From: Fimbriosthenelais zetlandica
Lineage: Eukaryota
Reading direction: 5' to 3'
Assembly: GCA_977030845.1 (NCBI GenBank)
Contig: OZ365110.1
Span: 42,470,001 to 42,534,000, forward strand
Length of the DNA stretch: 64,000 nt
Below the pieces are notes generated by a model that saw only the letters and a list, made by a program, of their open reading frames with translations, had not been told where the DNA came from and searched no databases. This document shows, in pieces, positions 1 to 14,728 of this stretch (its first letter is position 1; the number at the start of each line of letters is the position of its first letter). The position numbers and the translations under genes are program-made.

Positions 1-3000
1 TGATGTTGTGTTCACCTCAACCCATTGTAAAAGCGCGTCTGTATTTGTGCTTGAATCTATCCGATATGGAATTTTGAAGGCACGTGCGCGCGTTGACCGG
101 ATGGAGAGAAGGGTGGTTTAATATTGCATTCTCTCTGTGGTGCCATCATCGATGATGCTGGTAAAATTGGAAGCATTTCGCGAATTGATTCGCCTGACAG
201 ACCCTCCCACCTCCACCTCCACCACTTTCCAATTATCGAGAAACATACATTCTTAATTTGAGCGAGTGCAAAGTTCACGTCTGTAAAGTGTCTGCTTCAA
301 TAGTGTTAAGGCTTATAATTCAGTATCAAAGCCATCATATACATGAACTGTGCGTGTGTGTATATATTATGAGCAGAGCAATAATGAGTGAATGTATTTA
401 AGCGAATACGAGGACCATAAACTGAAATGGAAGCGTCCCATTTCTCCATTGGGAGACTGCCAGATGCAATAGCCTATAACAAGGCCCAGTACACATTCAC
501 TTGGCTTCCGAAACAAAAGCCCCGGACCTTGCCTTTACCTCGGCTGTATTTCAGCAGTTTTTGTGATAGGGAGTTGGTATATAAATCGCCTGTCATTTAC
601 AGAGGGGCTGGTCATGTTTAAATAGGATGGACATGAGCGTCTGTGAAGGGCTTCCTAGTTAGCACAAGGTGTCATTGGTTCTGACATACTCTGATCTTCA
701 CTGATGCTCCAATTCTCACCCTGACAGCCCCTCTCCGCTCCCTGTACATAAAGTCCGCTCCCACTAGGTCGATTTTCCATCGCATTGTAATACGATTTTA
801 AATGCAATGGAGTAGCTCAACGGGTTTGTTTCAGAATGATAAATAATGCCTATACACCTCTGCCCGCTCACGAATATGATCCATCGAATGACAAAATTAA
901 TTTCCTTTCTAATGACTAATAACTTTTCTGTGAATTAATTAAATTTTCAAGAGAAAAGATCAACATAATGTAGCCCACTGTATATATTAGCCCACTGTAT
1001 TAGAAGGATAAATCCGATTATCATCGGATGGACAATAGACTTAGTGGATCTGGCCCCTTAGTTTACTGACCTGTCGTTTTCCATGGAAAGGTAGGAGCGT
1101 CCAGGAAGAGGCCTTAATAGCTTTGTCAGAGTAACAACGAGTGTGGAGTAGGAGAGAATCAGTTTACTTCACTGGTCAGCCATTAAGATCGAGGGCAACA
1201 CATGCCACAGTGATCTTAGGTTATAAGGTCTCTACCCCATCATTTCCATTTTGTTTTCTCTACAATTCAGTTTATTTAGTATATTATTCTATTAGTATTC
1301 CATGGACAATAGCCCTCATATTTTGCCTGTTTCTGTATTATATTGGCTATAAAATACAGTATAGACAATGAATTCCACGATTATAATCACCAAGATTGAT
1401 TTTATTTGTCTATTTAGAACACCTTAGCGCGCTCACGTCAGTGAAAAAAGTTCAATCCATCTCACAAAAATGCATAGCAAGATATGATAATAATGATAAA
1501 TATGGAAATAGGATTGACTCGGGCTGTACACACTTTTTCCCATTTGTCTGCATTTTTTTCCTTTTTTTCCTGGACAATCATGCTATTGCCGAAACTGCTT
1601 GAAAAAGTCAGGATGTCAAAGAGTACAGAAATGACAATATGTAGGGGAGCCATATGGATATAGGCATTACTGCATTGTAGCTTTACTGCAACATTGCAGC
1701 TTTAATATTATACATGTTATGTATAGATTGCCGTATTAAAGTTAGCCTACATCATATAAACATGATTCTATACATATTCATATATTCTAACATGATGTCT
1801 ATTACTGATAGAAAGCTGGACTAACATTGATTAGACTAAAGGGAAGATTTTTTTTCAGCGATTTTAGCAAAATATTCCAGGAACTATTATATAGGTCTAG
1901 TCTGTCTGTCTCCTGACTCAGATTTTTTTTTCATATTCATTTTAGCAAACCCTCGTGGTGTGAAACTAGCTGAACTTTAATGCGCACGAAATACATGGTT
2001 ATTATTATATCAGATTGATATAGAAAATATCTACATTATTAGTATCATATAATAAAGGTTGTAAAGATAATTTGTTCCTATACACTGAAGCCATTATAAA
2101 ATCGATCAGGTAAGACGCCGCAGTATTCTAATAAGTGACGCTAATAATTTAATTGAATTGGATAGAGAATTTCCCTAACGATACCCTCGCAATTATCGGA
2201 ATCTATCCCCTCTCCCAATTGAATTAATAACTTTCGGCTTATTAGATTGGAAGAATGTGATTAATTATTATAATGAATATGTAGATAATTAAAAGGTTCC
2301 CTGAAGTCACAGACACATATACATATTTCATGTTTTACACTGCCACATCTGTTAGGGCATTTCTTTATTCATCAATAAATCGGTTACATCAATAATCAAG
2401 AATATTCTTCTTTACAAAGACAGACACCAACTGCAAATAAATAACATTAACGATCATGGTATATGCACGACAGAATCAGCATAATATGATTACGGAGCGA
2501 ACCAATTACAAGGACGAGATGGCGCAGGACATTTATTAAATGTTGAAATTCAATTAATCGTGCAGGAACGGAAAGCCTTCTACCAAGTCTTGGCACTTTG
2601 ACACAGTGTTTCAATTTGTACAAGATTATTCTGTATAATTTGTTGGGTAACAATATACTTGGCTCTCTTATCAGATTATCATTATCCACTTTTTGTTTAC
2701 ACAGAAAGTAAAACAATTCCTACATACTTTGCACATCCATGCCATTGAAAATATGATCAATTGTACACAGCAATAACTTATTGATTCACTTTAACCAATT
2801 CATTTATATAATACATCAATACTATGTGGTACATAGATTTGTAAAGCTTTCAGTATAGCCTTTCTTGAAGACTTGTAATAAACATTAGTATATCATTATT
2901 ATCATCATCATTTGACATGGCCATCAGTCGGTACCCTCCGTCTAATTACATGGACTGGTTTCTCACACAACAATATCAAATATCCATAAAAGACGAGAAA

Positions 3001-4068
3001 AACTGTAATGCACACATACCAATATCCACGGTGCATACATTTCGTTACAAAAAAGAGAAAAGGGAAAAACCTACCAGCACGTTTTACATTGGCCCATTCT
3101 AGACTTCATTGATTACCAAGACATACACACATTGTAAAAACATGAACACCATTAAAGATCGGTGGCAACTTGGGCCTCGAGCACTTCCTAACATGGACTA
3201 GTTGGGTGTGCCTCAATCTCCTAGTTATATATCACTCTAAAGTGTAAAGGATTCTGAAGTATATCACTTAGTTCTCCCTTGCTTGACATGCAGTGAGAGC
3301 CACAGTGGTTAAGATCGCCTATATCCTCTCTGATATATTACATGAAAGCTCTTTGAACGAGGACCCGCCATCTTTGCCAGTGGGGCACGCACTGCACTCC
3401 GCTTACAAGAAAGCAAGGAGATACCATTGGTAAACATGACTTATAAAACTACTACATTTTTTTTACATTCCATAAAGAGTGATTTCTCATTTTATATCCA
3501 TGCATATTGCATGTCTTTCTGCATAAATGTCAACATGTATTTTGGAGGTATTTCATTGTCAGGTGTACATAAGCTATACCTGGCAAGCACTATATATATA
3601 GAATATATGCAGCAACCGTTACGTTCTCTTGTATTACAAAGAGGCATAAAAATGGGACAAAACCACCATGCAATTAGACGGGCATATCCAACATATCGAT
3701 GGCATAAAACATGTCTGTTATCAGTATTGTACAATCACACAATAACTGGTATATCAATAGTAATCAGCGTGTGTGTTAGTAAAGCCTGTGGCGGAGCCTC
3801 CATACAATCTATGGTAGGTCAACCAAAACCACTCAACCAGAAAAAAAAGAGAAAAATCCTTTGGTATTATCAGTCACAATGGCACTTTGATTTTTTTTAT
3901 CTTATCTAAAAACGCATGTTGGCCCAAATATATAGATAAGTACATTTTCCAACCATTTTCTTTAAAACATTAAAATATTTTAATCTAACCAGAATAATAG
4001 TAGAGATGCCAGTATTTGGGTTGTCATATAGAGCTCTGTCCTCCCCTGTGTCCCCTCTGGATTTCATA

Positions 4069-5750
4069 TGTAACGGGGTGAAGGTATTAGCCTAAATGGA
4101 GTGGCGAGCAATTGTGCATGCTCCCACCCATTTAGACCTATTTCCTACCCATATATCTCCCTGGTGACTAGGTCGTTTCCCTACTCTCACATGGCACAGT
4201 AACCCACAGGTGTGTAGGAACCCACTGTCATTTACAACACCTGAATTAAGCCTAAGGACCCTGGAGGAAGGGGAGTATAGCTCAATAGTACACACCAGAC
4301 ACTGGAGAAGCTCACTCTCCCGACACAGGAGCAAAACGCAGACAATAACGCCTTAACTATATAATACATGTGCCTGGTTTAACTCCCCATTGAGCTTCTA
4401 TTCTCTATAATATAATACATCTCTACTATTAAACATACAGCGAGTCAACAATGCAGTTTTTGGCAAGGGATTTGCTTTCACTTTTAAGTCCTTTTCCACC
4501 AGTTGCTAACCCATGAAAAAAAAGAAATATTACCAGCTCTTGGAATTCACGGCTTTAAAAAACCGATGTCTTACACATAACATCTTTTACCAACAAATTT
4601 GACACTGTTTTCAATTGATAACACTCAATTGTGACCTTATAATTGAATTGTAAATCTCCCTAAGACCTTTATATGATCTACGCAAAGCATGACAGACAGG
4701 CAGAAAAAGCTTGGAGTCTAAGATTTTGATCCCTAGTGGTAGTAAAAAGGGGAGAGGAAGGATGATCAGATAGTATCTGTGTTGTGGTGGGGAAGCATAA
4801 TGCAATGACTGGCCTATCTCTCCACAGACCCTACCCATATATCATGACAAGTTGCACTGAGCCTGTGTTGACGGCAAATTGCCTTGAGTGCCCTAAGCAA
4901 CCGCCTTGACCTTAGTGTCAATCAGGGTTCTGACCTTGACCCAACCAGGTCTTGGCCTTGACCCCAGTAGACACCAGCCCAAACAGTGAGAAGAGAGGGA
5001 GAAGAGGGGAGGGGCAGCGCTTGTATGCCCTGGGGAGACCTTGACAAGCTTAGCGCCTCTCAGTAGAGGGAGAGGTTTTAAGCTTGGCGGGGACATCCCG
5101 GCCAGGCCGGCCGCTGTTTGACGGGGCCCCACCCGCTCATGGCCCGCTTGACATGTACAGTCTGTCTGACACGGGTTTCTGACCCCCGGCCATCCCAGAG
5201 GGTGGCGTCTATTGACAACTACATGTTCAAGGGTGCCACAGATCAAGCACCCTTAACGGACAGGTCCCTATGAGGAGAGTGGGAGGGAGGGAGGGAGGGA
5301 GTCAGTCACTCCCTCCTCCTTCACCTTCCCCCGCGGGCTGCAGAGCTGGGCGGGCCGGGGAAGCCGCCGGATCCACTGCCGTTACTATAGCAGGATCATT
5401 CTCCACTACCACTGGTAGTGTTTTGGCCTGCTCTCACACACCTTCAGGCTGCTGCTTCTCTTACAATGATGGAGATAAGGGAGGTGATGTAGGCCTACTA
5501 CCGCTACCAATGATAGCGGGAGTTAGGCACCAGATCCAAGCCTCCCATACCCCCACTCACCTTACCCATACACCAGCCTACCAGTAAAAGGATCAGGTGG
5601 TAAGACAGCTGCCCCTCCCACTGCTCCTTACTCCCCTACACACTGGCAAATTACCCTACCATCATCACACCTTCAAATCTACACACACAGACCCCCAACA
5701 GCTGGGTTCCACCGATATTCCTCCCATCCTAAACCTGGGGGTTGTTTCCT
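4069..5750. mobile_element. GC-rich block, possibly a heavily decayed LTR-retroelement fragment
   Basis: Sharp GC increase over the AT-rich flanks; starts TGTAACGG (LTR-like end). A stop-interrupted minus frame has VKVRTLIDT ... ~60 aa ... LPLGIKIL, spacing reminiscent of a retropepsin (LIDTG...ILG.D.L). No second LTR or TSD found. Confidence 0.25.
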
Positions 5751-6647
5751 AAAAAAACACCTACAATTTCATGGAGGCATTTTTCCAGCAAGAAACAACC
5801 ATTGAGCTGCCCAGGCTTCTTAATTTGTTAAAGCTTCATTTTAGATTTCTCCTCGCATACCCGTCTGTCATGTTTGCATATAGATCTTCATTATGATGTT
5901 AATTGGCATTGATTTCACATGTAATTAAATGTATCATCTAAGACTCGTTCGAGCTGTTATAAAATTAACTTGTTTTGATTTAAAACAGACAATATAATTT
6001 GTTAACGTGTAAAGCTTCGTTTAGTTTGATTCTTAACCCATTCATCAAAAATGGTTTGGTAGACACACGTGGCATCGTGTCATAGAAAACAATGTACATA
6101 ATACGTTTACCAAAATAATTATTGTATAATGTGGCAATTTTTTATCATGTCACTCTTTTTGTTAACATCTTCATGGCATTGCAAGCTCATGATGTGAGGT
6201 TTTCAGATTCGGGTATAAGAAATCAATTAACAAGTATAGGCATATACAAATATCATACATTGAGTCGCATTAACAAAAGCATTTCTACACGGGCAAGCAT
6301 ACATACATGACAAGGCCTATATCGCGTTGGGCTATGATTGTAATTTTTTCATAGACATACATGATAACATGGAATTATTGTAACCGACATTCATCAGCAA
6401 AATGTTTATGTAGTAAGTTCAGACTTTCCTATATTCACTCCAAAATTCCACCTCCCTAATATAGAAGTCCCCATCGGCACAAAATCACAATGGTGTAGTA
6501 TAGAATAGAATATACCAATTGTTGGGCAGACCAAACAATAACTGTCACGACTTCCAAAATCATACTATTCTCACATATATAAATAGTCATACCGACTTCG
6601 ATCATTTTTTTGTTTAAAATTCTGTAAGAATATCATTTTTTACCCTT

Positions 6648-6678
6648 CGCCATGAACACTGGAATAATGTTCATGGCG
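6648..6678. repeat. Perfect 11-bp inverted repeat with 9-nt loop
   Basis: CGCCATGAACA ctggaataa TGTTCATGGCG. Confidence 0.85.
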
Positions 6679-9600
6679 ACGTTGTAACCATGGAATGAAA
6701 GAACTGTCAATTTGTCAGTGGCAGGGTAATTTATATTCTATAGCCAGTGAGAAGTAAATGTGTATTGGGATGGCCACAGTGGATCCTCAGTTAACCTTGG
6801 TAACTATTTTTGCAGACATATGATATTCAAATCTATGTGGCTCCAATATGGAACAGGGGGAAACACAAGCTCAGCCTGTGTCTAGAACTGGGGTAGTTAT
6901 CGTTTATATTGGCTAGGTCCAATTTCAGACCGACCTCACCGCGTTTATAAATGTTGGCTGAGCCTACGCGCGGCCCGTCTCAATTTATAGACAATATACC
7001 GGTTTTCTCGTATTTGCCCCCCATCTACAATGCAAGCAACCAAATTGTGGAATAGATAATCACAGTCTCCATTCCAACTCCTTTGGTTACTTTTTCACCT
7101 AGTTTTATATGTGTTTCTTTCACGTATTCATATGGCAAAACTAGCGACAAAACGTAACACTCGTTTAAATGTAGCATCTGAGAAAATGTGTGAAGTAAAA
7201 AAAACCTGGCCATATATAAGCTTATTCAATGTTGAATGGAGCTCAGCTAATGGTAAACAGAGGAGACGGTATTTCCTAGCACCAGTGCACATTGTTAAAG
7301 TTCTTAGCAAGCTTTATAAAAGGTGAGACCGAATACAAAGCAACTGCCATAAGTATTGTTCAAACAGCGGACAATGATCTCATCTTCCTTCTCTGTTTTT
7401 ACCGCTGAAATCCAATCCCGCGTTCTGATCAGATTTTATTTGATCTTCTTCATTATTGGAGCCCATTCGGAAATTTCATAACGAAGTGCAACCTAATATG
7501 CCAGCCTGGTACTTCCCACTATAGCAATAGTAAGCTTACAGATCGGGTATCAATTAAAAAAACCCTTGTTACCCAGTAACGGAGGGAGGGTTGCCACAAA
7601 TGTAATTTGTGACGACTGAAAGCTTAGGTAAAAAGTCGGGGTTATGAAATACCCTGACTGATTAACGTGAAGGACATTCGTCCATTTGTGGAGGGCGGGG
7701 GGCCGGGCCTTGACAAAAAGGCAGATTATCAGATTAACTCTATTTCCTACGGCCAGATCGATCTGATCTCCTTTTCGACTGATCTGAACATTTTCGATCA
7801 ATGTAAAAATCCTCTCAATATGGTGGATCAGTTCATAATGACATCCGTGAATATGATCCTAGAAAATAGGCCACCTTTTGGAGGTCCCCCGTTAACATTG
7901 GCTTTTTAAAACATGGGTAGCAATTCATTCAAATGTATTCATGTTAAGATACGAGTGCATCTAAATGTTCATAAATGTACTCATTCATACATGCATACAA
8001 ACATAATGAACCGGTAAGCTTACATTGCCTTCAGCAACAAATGCCCAAGGTCAGTTTTTTTTATCTAGGCATCAGGTATACACTGATTTACCTGTGTACT
8101 ATCTATATATCTAACACAGCGTTAACATTCATAGAATACAGTGAGAACTCTTCATCCAACCTATTTTTTCCAATAATTTCTTGGAACGCTTTTTTGATAT
8201 ACCTGGGAAGGAAATCTGATAAAAGAAAAAGCGTTTTAAGGTAGCTTGCCTAAGCAAATGTTTAAGGTCTATTTGTAAATGGAAGAGAAAGCTTGCGATC
8301 TAATATTGGAATTATATTTGATTGCACTGGTATGGACCCGAGGTCTCACTGTAACAATAAATGCTGCCCTTGATTTACACTCTCGCACCTTGGTGGGAAG
8401 CGGTGTTTAATCTCGGACCAAGAAGTAATTTTATCTTCCCTTTGGGCTTAGCAAAGGATTTGGGGTCGAATTCACTGGCCCGCCTGCTTCTTGCAGGGTT
8501 GACATTGGGCTCACAAAAAACACTGGTGGCCAAGGTCCGCTTGTATTGAATTTATGATTGATTTTGTGTTGGGTAAACATTGACGGGTGCCCGTGATTGG
8601 ACCACACACTTCACTTTTCCCACACACCAATGGCATTGCACTCAAAGCTGAATTTTTGCCCGTTCTGCCTCTCCAAAATTTGGGCATCATGCGGCTGGCT
8701 ATATTTGAAGCCACACTTTTATATCTAATCCATCAAAATCGGACTGAATAGGACATGAAAGAAACACACTATAATCTAGGCACATGTCATATGAACTTTT
8801 CCCCCCAGTTCCTAAGACAAACAGGCAAGTTCCTATTATAAAAGCAGAAATTATGACCTTTAAAGTCACGCAAAAAATGACTCTGATTGTTTTGCATCAA
8901 GCATAATCAAATAATTTGACAAATCTGTCGTCTACCTACACACATGTCTAATGAGAATGTGACCTGTATATATTAAATATGTCTTCTGGAAATGAACTGT
9001 GTGGAATAAAACATCAATCCGCCAAGATTGGCTCCATGTAAAATAAGACTATAAAATTGGTTTTCCTTCGGATCACTATAGAAAAGCAGCCTTTACCGAG
9101 CATCCAAGACAAGGATGTGCTAATATCAACATAAAAGGCCGATTCCATGAACTGTACAAAATACTAGCTCTATACATCGGTGAGTTTATTGTTTTTTGTT
9201 AGCAGGCGTTGTTATAGTACAACTACTTGCTGGTGGGTCGTCCGTGTGACTAGATATTAGACATAAATACAATCCATATACAGAATGGAGTAAGTCTCTA
9301 TTTTTAAATATACACGAATACATTATTTTGTATTGCACTTTTATCGTTAGTTTTCTATACGCGGCACCATTATGAATATTATCCACTGAACCCAGCATTG
9401 GCAACACTGTACCTTTGTGGGTGGGTGGTGGGGGGTGAGTGTGGTATATTAGTTCAGTCACTAGGTGGACTGACTGTTCTAGGGCTTAGCTCGGGCCCTA
9501 CCAGATTACCAACCCCGACACCCTGGGTATCCATCACATAAAGCTATGACTACCGGCAACAGCAACAATGAGTGAGCAGAATAGGCAACTAAGAACTAAC

Positions 9601-10719
9601 CTGGCACATCAAAACCAAACAATATCACTATGGGCTTTGTAACCGATCATAAATTAAGATGGCCATGTGAGAAAATATGTACACTGAAAGGTCTGCCTCT
9701 ATTCTAGGCATTTATAAGCTTGTGCGCCAAAAAAGAGAGCCTAATTAGTCTCAATTAATCCAGTAAAGAGATGAAATATTTTTATCAAGAGGGTGAACGA
9801 GAGAGGCATAGTGATGTGTGATTCTTTTCAGTGCATGAAAAATGTATTTCAAAAATGTTACCCTGAATCCCACACAAAATACCTCGCTCTGGTCCCAACT
9901 TCTTAATTTTTGTCAATAATTTTAAATGATTGAAAAATGAAAATTTGACTGACACTCATTGCTGGTGTACAACTGCCTGCACCTCACAATCCACTTTGGT
10001 TTGATTGTGTCATTATTTAAAGGCTCAACAACTAAAACCTCTTAACACTGTTTCATTTTATCTATCTCTATCAATCTAAAATCTAAACCTAGGTAATAAA
10101 ATCATTGTAATGATGATAATAAATAAATAAACCTTTCTGCAATTTGTAAAAACCGGTTGGAAAAATCTTAACTGAGTAGTTTCGTCCCTTTAAGGTAGTG
10201 TGCGTGTCACTCTTCAAATCTAGCTCCAATCACAGTCTAATTGTGACCGGGGAAATTTTGATTGATGCAAAATTGACTAAAATCGGAGGCATTTCCTGCA
10301 ACTTGATTTAACGACTTTGCGCTATATATAAACCAGTCAGTCTACTCCAGTCAGTATTATAAAACAATTATGAGGGAAAAAAGAGACAAAGACCAATAGA
10401 AACAAATTCCAATAGAAACCCCGAACAAATGTTAAATCTCTAATTGTGCAGATGTGAAAACTGAATCCCAGCGGGTCTATATGCGCCTGTGACAAAGGTC
10501 CGGAAATAGCCATTTATATACTACTGTGGGTTTGGGGGCAGAAGGCGTGGTTGTTATAATGTTTGTGGGTTTGTGCTGTCAACTATCAGCTGTCAGCATC
10601 TCCTGCACCTGGTCAATGACCCCAACTTCACACAATGGGCAGACATAAAGCCATAGATGAAAGTCCACCATCATAACCACCCGCGGTTAAACATAGCATA
10701 CGCACGTCGCACAAGGCTA

Positions 10720-11930
10720 CATGTTAAGCTTAAAGCTTCAACCCCAAACACCAGCAGGAGGGTTCACGTGTCAACGGGCGTTCCCCAATAGCTTGTCCAT
10801 TTCATGGCTGATTTCCCCAACTCTATGCCGACACGTGTCACTTTACGTAATACCCGTAACACACCCCCGGATAGACCACCCCACTGACGGCCACATACCA
10901 GGCCCGTGCGGGCCTTCCTTCCCGCTCTATCACCGCCATGTTAAGCATGATACTGGAGAGTGCTGCCACCACACGTCGGCGTTCGGTATCATTACTAAGG
11001 GGGATGGAGGAGTGATGTGGCCGGGGGTGAGTGAGGGAGAGAGCGGTCGTTCAGTATGGGATATAGCCGTGCGTAACCAGCTGCTTCTGGGCCCCCACCA
11101 CCCACCACTATACCACCACCACCACCCTACACCATCCCACAAACCAGGGAAGCGAGGCGGAGTGAGGGGGAAAGGGAGAAGGAAGCAGTGGGTGCTTGAC
11201 GGGCGGAGGGATCAAAGCTCTACTGAGGGCTGGCCCCCGTTTGTCAGGTGGTGTTGATGGGTCATGGGCGGTGGGGGTTATCTGCTAGCTCATCCCTCCC
11301 AGGGGTGGGCGGTGGAGTGGGATAAGTGGGAGGGGGAAAGGGAAGTGTTTCCCACCTCCCCAAGCCCTACTACAACTACTCCCACTTCTCTATAGTAACA
11401 TAGCCACCTGTAGAACCGCGAGGGAGGGATGATGGGTGAAAGGGGCTTGTGGTTCCAACACATGATCACCTCATCAGGGCAAGGGTCCCTGTCCACACCT
11501 GGTGGCTGGTGGGCCCCCACTATACACACCACCACTCCCCCATATCTCACCGCCTACCCATACACCACCACCACACCAGTAGGCCCTCCTCCTCCCCCTA
11601 TCCCTCCAGTGTGCCTCAATCGCCCCATCACTCAACATCCAGGCCCGCTCATCTTTCACACTGACCATAGAGACTGACCATTGACTGTGGCCATTACATG
11701 TGGTGATAGTAGCCACTGGCCCTTCTCATGGTCCCTGTCACGAAGGCTGACATGGCTCCACTACGGTCACGCCCTCCGAGTCACATTTCACAATCCCAAT
11801 AGGCTACTGGCCCTACTCCAGCAACGAGCCAGAAAATCACACCAAGTCTCCCACTGGTCTGCCGCCTTACAAACCGATTTAGTTCCGTTACATACTCCAT
11901 ATGACACAGCTAAGGTACCGCGGTGATGAA
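10720..11930. mobile_element. GC-rich block with alternating G-rich/C-rich segments, possibly a decayed retroelement
   Basis: Composition distinct from the flanks; internal near-duplication GGGCCCCCAC...CTATA.CACCACCAC (11089-11125, 11511-11535). One plus frame contains HTDHRD*PLT, RLTWLH and SHWSAALQ in Gypsy RNase H order but with wrong spacing. Confidence 0.2.
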
Positions 11931-14728
11931 ACGCCACTGGGGAATTATACTTTATGATTAGGATTTTTTTTTATAAACGCCAATATTATGACATATAGAC
12001 AGAAAAGATATATTACAACTGATGACAAATCATGGTCAATATTTGACTTTTTCTTTATAAATAGGCGATAAATCACACCTATGTATAGGGTTGTAATATG
12101 TCTATGCATTTGGAATAAAAATTTGAGCTTGAGTGAAGCATTGGCTAAGAGGGATGACTTTTGGCTAAAGATTTCTATCCGATTCCCTACTTTTCCATCC
12201 ATTCCTCCATAAGAATCCCACTTTACGCGACTTGATGATAAAATCATATCACGTATGTAAATTTCATGCTCCTTCAAGAAGAGAAGGATGGCTTTTTTTC
12301 TTAGTACACGATTTCAAGTGCCCTCAAGGCGGATAGAATTCCTCACACGATCAAAATCATCCTCTAATACCATGGCTCAACTCAGATACTGTATGTTTTA
12401 ACTCGGACTGTTTGTAAGAAACTAGGCAAGGATTGTGAAACGAATAGAGTATGTAAGGCTATTTGAGTTGGGGCACAGGAGCCTGTCGAGGAATGCTAAG
12501 CGGCCAGGAACAAATGCTGTCTGTGTGTGTATACTCAAACTTAATCTGGCCAGCCAAATATATATAAACACAAGCGGTCAAACAGAGACACACATATTTC
12601 ACCTATTCTGGGCTAAATGTAAATTTGATCCATCAACAAATAGAACAACTTGTACATGGATCCCAAGCCTGCCGAGCATAGTGGAGGGAGTAGTATATAC
12701 AGAAGAGCAAGCCTCAGCAGAGTTTTGGAATCCCCCACCACTCCACTTGTTCTGGGACATTTCAAGCGAGAGGAGATATTTTATCATGTCTCTCCAATCT
12801 CAGAGTGTCAGAGTCCAGAACACCTGGCAGCAATTCAGATTCCTCACTCCAACTTATGCACTGACAAAGATGAGGTTTGTTTTCTTTGGGACAAAGAAGC
12901 ATTGCTCCCCACGCCCATCTCTATTTCATCTCTAGCATTTGCCCCCCTCTCAGAAAAGATTGATTTTCAAAGCTTGTGCTTTTTCCTTCCGGAAAGATCA
13001 TTAGCAGGGATTAATTTCGCATTTGGCATTAAATGAAGCCAAAAGGTTCTTTTTTCGGTCAAGGCGAATTTGTTGAAGTGAAAGCTTTGTGAAGTTTGGG
13101 CCAAAGTGTCCTTTGTGTGAGTTGGGGACAGTGGGAGGGAGCATGAGCAGAAGGAGCAAAAAGGGAAAAAGGGGGACAAGGACATCCACAAAGGTGTATC
13201 TATTGCTCTTCAAATAAATAACATGGTGGGCTAAAATACCAAATGACAAAAACTGACAGTGTCCTTCCAAAAGTGAGCTGTGTGGCCCGGGTGTAGCTGA
13301 CTGGGAGAGACTCCAGGGTGCAATACAAGAATAACATGCTAAATATACACAGCTCCTGGCCTACATTGTACACACTACTAGATCCCACCAACACGTTTTC
13401 TGGTCATAACTAGCCCATACGACTGCCATATCCCATCGGACCAGCACAGTGCACAAGATGCCAAGCGTAGCATGGGCTCTTCATCATTGCAAACAGAGGG
13501 TGGGATTGCCCACTCAAACCTTCTACCCCCTCCCACTATCCCTACCCCCTATCCCCACTTCCCAACCCGCAGGCTGTTTCCCATGTCCTACACACAGGGC
13601 CTGATCTAGAACCCGAGCGGGATTTTCACACACTGCACTCCCCACTACCCTCATCATAAATACTTGACTGGTGAAACTTTGATCTTAATATGCTTCTCTA
13701 ATGTTTGCCCCTGACAACCCACTAAAAAAGAAACACTCTATCTCTGTGTACACTGAAGCCTAATTTCCAACACGAATAATCGTAATAAGTTGCGTGCCTC
13801 TTAAGTTAACCTTTACAAATTGCCTTGAGGGAAATCGATTTCCCCAGCTAGCAAAAATTCTGACCTGCACATGTGATACTGATTTGAAAGGTGACTCGAC
13901 TTTATAATATTTGCCTCTCTATGTATAACAAGTAAAACGAATATAATGAAAAGAATTAGCAATTTTCCTTAGAAAGAAACCAACATGAAACAACTATAGG
14001 AATAACTGATGAAAGATGATTATGATTTTGATGTTAGCACTTCGGACTTGATATCGCGATAGTGGAGTGAACAAATATTTTCTTAAAGCTTTCGGCCAAA
14101 CAAGTGCACTGGATCAAACATGCTCTATCCATCCTTCAGATTTCCATCCCAACCCAGTCAACATGTATCTATAGGGGGGAGTCACCATAGTAATATACTG
14201 TCCTCCCTTCGCTTCAGTACACATTGAGCAAACACATCCAATGCACAAAACCATTCATCAATATTAAAGAATGACACATTTACAAAGAAGAACAATATGC
14301 ACTAGTATACCGGTAGTGGTAGTCACAGCAACTTAAAACTTCTAAGATTATCACACAAACGATAACACTGATTACATCCACCTATCTTCATGATAATCCG
14401 GTAGTGTGAGTAGTATGTAGGTTTTTACCGTTCTGTACACCAGGTATATAGGTATATGCACCAACAACTCGAACCAACAATATACAATCTTCATATCATG
14501 TATCATACATCAACCTTACTTCATCTTCAATATATATATTATATTATATATATATACCCGATTTCAATATTAAAGCATTTTTGTGTTGCAGAGAAAATAC
14601 CCTATCAGGTATCTCCTCTCAAATTGTTTTTCATAGATTAAGAGAATATATGTATATATATATGTAAGTAGAATAATATTATTAACAATTACATTTTTTC
14701 TTTCTTTGTACTAGAAAAGACTACAACA

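Noticed and set aside
3290-3420. tRNA/SINE-like sequence (gccacagtggtt A-box-like)
   Set aside because: No B-box, no cloverleaf, no second copy in the window.
4069-11892. TGTAACGG (4069) ... CCGTTACA (11885-11892) as termini of one 7.8-kb LTR element
   Set aside because: No direct-repeat LTR similarity between the ends, no 4-6 bp TSD, the intervening DNA is ordinary AT-rich sequence, and CCGTTACA also occurs at ~24160, so a chance match is likely.
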